A stretch of DNA of 64,000 nucleotides from Vicugna vicugna (lineage: Eukaryota). The translations under genes and the position numbers were made by a program. Shown one piece after another: positions 58,801-64,000 of this stretch. The notes beneath the pieces are model-generated. The model did no database searches and was not told the DNA's origin. It saw nothing but the letters and a program-made list of their open reading frames with translations. The stretch covers positions 1,314,419 through 1,378,418 of the forward strand of contig MU058198.1 in NCBI GenBank assembly GCA_013265495.1. Reading direction: 5' to 3'. Within the stretch, counting starts at the first letter, position 1, and each line of letters opens with the position of its first letter.

Positions 58801-61800
58801 TCTCTGTGGCTATTGAGCTTCTGGGGCAAGTTCACTCCTGAAAGACACTGACTTGTTTGCTTTTGCGCTTTTATGTTTTATTTTTGTTTGGCTTGGTTTG
58901 GTCTCTCTTGTTGCTTCTCCGTATCACTCAGGTACTGGCTAGACCTGAAGTCCTCAGACGTCATATGGAATATGTCTGACACTGGCTGGATCAAGGCTGC
59001 CATCGGCAGTGTATTTTCCACCTGGCTTCAGGGAGCCTGTGTTTTTGCGCATCGGATGGCTCATTTTGATGCTGACACCTTCCTAGATGTAAGTCACCAC
59101 TTTTAATTACATATATCATTAGGTCCCTCTCTTACCTTCCCCAAAACCACAGAGAAGTGATTCCTCAGAATGCAGGGCTTCTTAGACTTATGAAAATCAT
59201 TCCTTTTTCAGAAGCTAAGTCTCCAGGAACTTGGCTTTTGATCGTATTTAACAAAGTGAAGAAGAAACACCCACAACAGTCTGAGGCATAAAGTCCACTC
59301 TTTGTGCTTCAGATTGTTCAGGATTTGCTAGCGTCGCTAAATCTGCGTCTGCTTAAGAGTTTGGTTCTAAATAACAGATTAGAAGTCTCAAGTCTAAACA
59401 AATCCTTGGTTTCTGATTCAGTGAAATAAAGACAATAAGCCGATAAATTGGAACTCCTGTGTAGAGAAGGCTGAAGGTGGTATCACCTTTCTCCCAGCGC
59501 AACTGCTTTCCTTCTCCCCTCAATCTATGCTTCTCACTTTGCTAATTCTCAGAGCTAATTGTAATGCTAGTTCTTTTTGAAATCAGGCATGCCCATCCTT
59601 TTCACCCAGCAACAGCTAGACTGGGAAATCAGATGGCTCCAATTTCTTTAGCCTTTAGAAAAATGTGATTCAGGCCAATTATTTTTCAGCCATAAATATT
59701 CAATCAATTTTAACAAAATACATATTATTAAATAAATACCACACCTATGTGTAAATAAAAGTTATGCTCATCCTGTTATTTGCTAACTGATTTGATGAGA
59801 TGGTTTGAGGGTCGTAACAGAAATGTAGAGTAACGTAAGAACTGGGATCTCTTTAACAGATTTACAAAGTGACCTGAAGTAGATAAGTTAACTTTGAAGT
59901 TTCAAAACTAACATTTGTAAAATAAGAATATTCTTTTTTTATAAAGTATTAAATGTTTCATAATACCTAAATAGGAATATTTAATAATGTATTAAATTAA
60001 TATAGTATCACATCTAATTATATAACTATTAGTATTCTTACTTAATATATTAAATGACTATTAAAATGAGAATAAATAGATATTAAAATAAAATATTCTT
60101 TTTATAAAAATTAAATATTTCATAATATTTTAAAAAGAATATTTTACATATCTTTGATATATATTCATATAGTTTATTTAATAAAACATTAAATAAGAAT
60201 GTTTAAGAATATTCTTATTTTACAAAGGTATTTTCAGTGTTATAAAAAGCTTTATGGATTTATACTATTCTTAATTATATACATTCACTAAGGAAGTTGG
60301 AATCTAGGGAAGAAGGTACACATAACAGAAATGCTCATCTACAGATCAAAAGTTGTTCTTCATCTGTGACAATCCAGATAGCCTAGATGTCTTGAGAGCC
60401 TTCTCCCAAATAAATTTAATATAAATTGTCAATACATTAAGTGGCATAGTAGAACCTCTTCAGAAAGAAGATCTGTAAACATTAGCATTTCTCCAGATTT
60501 AAGATGACTAAATCATTATTTGATTTTAAGGAGCTGGAAGTACAATAAGTCCAGCAGATCTTAAACAATTAATAAAAGGCCTGAAAATGCATCCCTTATG
60601 TATGCATTTAATCAGTCCACTCAAAAGGACTGATGTCTTTTATAGGAAGGGTGTTGGAAATGTCTGAATTACATTGAGTCAATACTGTATGTGAATATAG
60701 AGGCAGGGAGTTTCAAGAGTCTACCATGGAAGATAATTTGCATCCCAGAAGGAGAATAAATCAGTTCATACTTTGGGATTGTTCTCAAATTCAACAATTT
60801 ACTTTTTGCTGAATTTGATTGTATATGTCTGTTGTTACATATACACATTCTTTCCAATAACTGGAAATTTCCAACATAGTCACTAGTGACAAGGGATAAA
60901 TATTTGCTTTCTTATTGAGTGACCATGAAATGAGCATATATTAGTGGAATAAGAGGTTGTAGACATCAGCTCCAGTCATGGCCTTTAATTAACCACTTCT
61001 GACATCTGTGTCTTTCTCCATCAACCAGACGCTTACCACTTACCCCATCACGACCTTGTGCAGTGCTCCCACTGTGTACCGGATGCTTGTGCAGAAAGAC
61101 CTTAAGAGGTACTTGGGCAGAAATCACCATTTGAACCACAGACAAAAATTATAATCCAGCATCACAGGTCTCCCCTTGTCAGTGCAAGACAGCCCAGAGT
61201 TTCTCAGTCTCACCACAGTAGACATCTTGGACCAAATAATACTACATCATGGAGTGCTGTCCTGTGCACTGTAGCACACTGAGCAGCATTCTATCTGGCC
61301 CCCACCTGCTAGATGGCTGTAGCACCTCCCTCTCCACCTGTGGTGATGATCAAAAATGTCTCCAGACATTGCCTAAATTCTCCTAGGGGGCAAAATCACC
61401 CCTGCCCCGCCCTTAGTTCAAGAATCACTGGGAAAGCCTCAGGGGCAACTGAACATTTTTCCAGAGACAAGCAGAGCTCTAGAATCCCAGCACACCCACC
61501 ACCACCCCCTAAAAAAAAACCCACAACTGCATTTATACTGCCTTGAAGTTAATGAAGTCTTATGACTTGAAGCTTATATTCAACTTAGCCAAATCACCCG
61601 AACATTCGGTGAAATTGCCAAGTATATTTATTTAACTAATATGAATTATATACGTAAGGAGAGAGAGAAGGGAAGAGAAACAATTTAAGCCACCACATTC
61701 ATCCCCTTCTCCCCCAAACCTGGATGCTTCAAAGCCTAAACAAAACAAACAAAAAAGGACAGGCTCACCCATCCTTTGTCCCCTCGGACCATGGTGTGGA

Positions 61801-63796
61801 CATCTAGGAGGGAGATTGCTATGACAGACAGAATAAAGCAGATATGAATCTTCTCTTTTCCTAATCAGCATCAGCTCCTTTGTGGCCCTCAGAATGTAAA
61901 GATCTTACTCACATTTCAAGAGTAATTCAAAGCCTATTCTATTTTGAATGGGCGCAATTCATGTTCTACCAAACCCTCCCATCTGTTTTGGGCTGTTCCA
62001 AGCTTTCTCACCTGAGTCCTGCTGGGCAGCTGAGTAGTAAGACCAGTGGTTAAAAGCTCAAGCTCCAAAGTCAAATAGTGGACCTCAGGCACTCAAAGGG
62101 ACCTTGCTAAACCTCCTTTAACTCCGTCCATAAGAGATCATTAACAGCCACCTCATGGAGTTGTGGTAAGAATCTAATGCCAGCAGCATGCGTGGTGAGT
62201 GAGAAACCTGACAAGTGGTAAGTGCAGAGTACAGATTATTTAACTCAGTTCTTTATTATTGGGGAGGCCTTGGCCCGTTCTTTAACTTTCCTCAGTCTCA
62301 ATGTCCTCATCTAGAAATAGGGGCTGTGAGGATTATAAGAGTGCTCTGAAAGCCCTTGCAGCATAATAAATGTTCAATTAACATTAGCTCTCCTATCACT
62401 TGGCTCATAAGTGAATATCATTATTAGCATTTTCTCTCGCCTTTTCCCTTTGTGAATAACCTGCTAAAATATAAACTCCTTCAGGGATCTTTGTTTTAAT
62501 CATAACATGCCCGCTGTGCCTAGAACAACGTCTGCAAGGTAGTAGGGGCTCAACATATATTCACTGAATGAACTTGCCTAAGACTTGACTCTCCTAGCTC
62601 TTTGCTTGTTACTTATGTTCTAATTATCTGGCAATGAAAGCCACTCATATTTCTCTCCCCCAAAACCCCATGCAACTCTCTCTCCAGATATAAATTCAAG
62701 AAGCTGCGGCATTGCTTGACAGGAGGGGAGCCACTCAACCCAGAGGTGCTAGAACAGTGGAAGGTGCAAACTGGTCTGGAACTGTACGAGGGCTACGGAC
62801 AGACAGAAGTGGTATGTTTAATGGGCAAAGTTTAAGTTTAGCATATTTGGAGACTTTCAACCCCAGAACTGTCAGCTGAGCCCCTGAGGTGCCCCCATGA
62901 TGCTCTAAAATTGTAATGGTGTTCCCCAGAATTTCTGAATTGCCCGATTGGGCTTGACTGAAGGAGAATTATGATTACTCTTTGGTCTTCCTGCCTCCAC
63001 CCCACACAGGATAAATCTCAGAGATGTTAGGGATTGAAGAGGTTCAGAATTGAGTGGCTCATCTTTCCAATGCTCTGGGAAGGACCCCAGAGATCCCCAA
63101 TGGGGAGTTTATTCCAAGGTGCACTTAATGGAAAGTGGTAGTCTTAGTCAAAAGGAGTGGTTTTCAAAGCGTGGTCCTCAAATCAGCAGTATCAGCAGCA
63201 TGCAGGAATTCGGTAGAAATAAAAGAAATTCTCATACCCCTTCCCTCCTCCCTGACCTTCTAAATGAGAAACTCTGGGACGGGACCCAGCAATCTGTTTT
63301 AACAATACTCTAGAGGATTCTGATGCACACTCAAGTTTGAGAACCACCATATACTTTGGAAGACAAGCTTGGATACTGAGAAAATCAGGCAAAACTGGGT
63401 CTTGGGTTTCATTGTCACGGTATAGCTACAGAAAGTGAAATTTTACATATTTATATAAAATATGTCCTCTCAATAGGGAATAATTTGTGCCAATCAGAAA
63501 GGACAAGAAATTAAACCAGGCTCGATGGGGAAAGGAGTACTTCCCTACGATGTCCAGGTGAGTAATACCTAACTGTTTCAATAAGAAGAGAGAATGTCTT
63601 CTGTTTTCTTCTGTTCATTACACAACTATTTATAACCCATTTTCATTTTGTGAAAAGAAAATCTGAGGTACCTAAATTGTTTCTTTCATTCTAGATTATA
63701 GATGAAAATGGCAACATCCTACCACCTGGAAAAGAAGGGGAAATTGCCCTCAGACTAACATCTACACGGCCCTTCTGTTTCTTCTCTGAATATGTG
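49689..63796 (+). CDS. ACSM4: Acyl-CoA synthetase medium-chain family member 4, 5' part (9 coding exons; continues beyond the window)
   Basis: GT-AG exons 49689-49889, 52344-52554, 53049-53256, 58025-58168, 58932-59088, 61029-61108, 62688-62811, 63477-63557 and 63695-63796 splice in frame. N-terminus [30 protein letters not shown] matches ACSM4; P-loop [13 protein letters not shown] present. Confidence 0.95.
51343..51915 (-). mobile_element. ERV1-class solo LTR in ACSM4 intron 1
   Basis: TG...CA termini with 4-bp TSD CATC (51339-51342 and 51916-51919); orientation inferred. Confidence 0.65.
52344..52554 (+). CDS. ACSM4: ACSM4 coding exon 2 ([15 protein letters not shown]...[13 protein letters not shown])
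   Basis: cag/gtcagt; 211 bp. Confidence 0.95.
53049..53256 (+). CDS. ACSM4: ACSM4 coding exon 3 ([20 protein letters not shown]...SFQELLQ)
   Basis: ccag/gtgagt; 208 bp. Confidence 0.95.
53791..54023. mobile_element. MER58A-like hAT MITE
   Basis: 'gggttagcaaa...aataaagttttattggaacacagccac...tttgccaacccct'. Confidence 0.85.
56500..57545. mobile_element. Two adjacent old MaLR (MLT1-type) LTR remnants
   Basis: 'ccaaaacttagtggtgtaaa', 'ctgttggtgaaagcaagtc..aggccagccca', 'ggtaagcaactgtgtctgcca'; bounds approximate. Confidence 0.55.
58025..58168 (+). CDS. ACSM4: ACSM4 coding exon 4 (AMP-binding motif [17 protein letters not shown])
   Basis: gcag/gtaggg; 144 bp. Confidence 0.95.
58932..59088 (+). 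CDS. ACSM4: ACSM4 coding exon 5 ([19 protein letters not shown]...FDADTFLD)
   Basis: tcag/gtaagt; 157 bp. Confidence 0.95.
61029..61108 (+). CDS. ACSM4: ACSM4 coding exon 6 ([27 protein letters not shown])
   Basis: ccag/gtactt; 80 bp. Confidence 0.94.
61195..61430. mobile_element. MER20-like hAT MITE
   Basis: 'ctgtcctgtgcactgtag...aaaaatgtctccagacattgcc...gggggcaaaatcacccc...agaatcactg'. Confidence 0.85.
62688..62811 (+). CDS. ACSM4: ACSM4 coding exon 7 ([24 protein letters not shown]...YEGYGQTEV)
   Basis: ccag/gtatgt; 124 bp. Confidence 0.95.
63155..63349. mobile_element. MER5A-like hAT MITE
   Basis: 'agtggttttcaaagcgtggtcc...cccagcaatctgttttaacaa...gattctgatgcacactcaagtttgagaaccac'. Confidence 0.85.
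63477..63557 (+). CDS. ACSM4: ACSM4 coding exon 8 ([27 protein letters not shown])
   Basis: atag/gtgagt; 81 bp. Confidence 0.95.
63695..63796 (+). CDS. ACSM4: ACSM4 coding exon 9 ([34 protein letters not shown])
   Basis: ctag/gtacaa; 102 bp. Confidence 0.94.
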
Positions 63797-64000
63797 GTAC
63801 AAGAATGTAGAGAACACGCTATTCACATTTTAATAAAAAAAAAAAAAGGTGGTGTAGGGAGTCATATAGACTTGGGTCCAAATTTCATATCCACCATGTT
63901 TTGCTGTGTAACTTTGGGCAAGTCACAAAATCCAAGTCTATTTCATCAGCTGTAAAAATGCAAAGAATATCCTCTCTCTCCTAAGGGTTTTTGCAAGATT

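Overview
Mammalian genomic DNA, most likely camelid because it carries a Vic-1-type tRNA-derived SINE. The window lies in the ACSM (medium-chain acyl-CoA synthetase) cluster. The + strand holds the last 8 coding exons of ACSM1 (590-11004) and the first 9 coding exons of ACSM4 (49689-63796, running off the window); both have canonical splice sites and open frames. Between them (~15.1-33 kb, + strand) is an unexpected intron-containing, strongly diverged duplicate of the C-terminal, TANGO1-short-like part of MIA3/TANGO1. I identify 18 MIA3-homologous exons, 15 of which can be spliced into a stop-free ~507-codon frame. The copy has a 4x72-bp in-frame repeat before the transmembrane helix, an in-frame loss of internal coiled-coil exons, decayed proline-rich-domain exons, and a TATA/CCAAT/X-box/DR2 promoter of germ-cell type. 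No in-frame ATG was found in a first exon, so it may be a remodelled gene or an unprocessed pseudogene. The rest is typical mammalian repeat content (L1, L2/MIR, MaLR, ERV LTRs, hAT/Tigger MITEs) plus one 180-N assembly gap. All homology calls come from my recollection of the human protein sequences and repeat consensuses, not from a database search.
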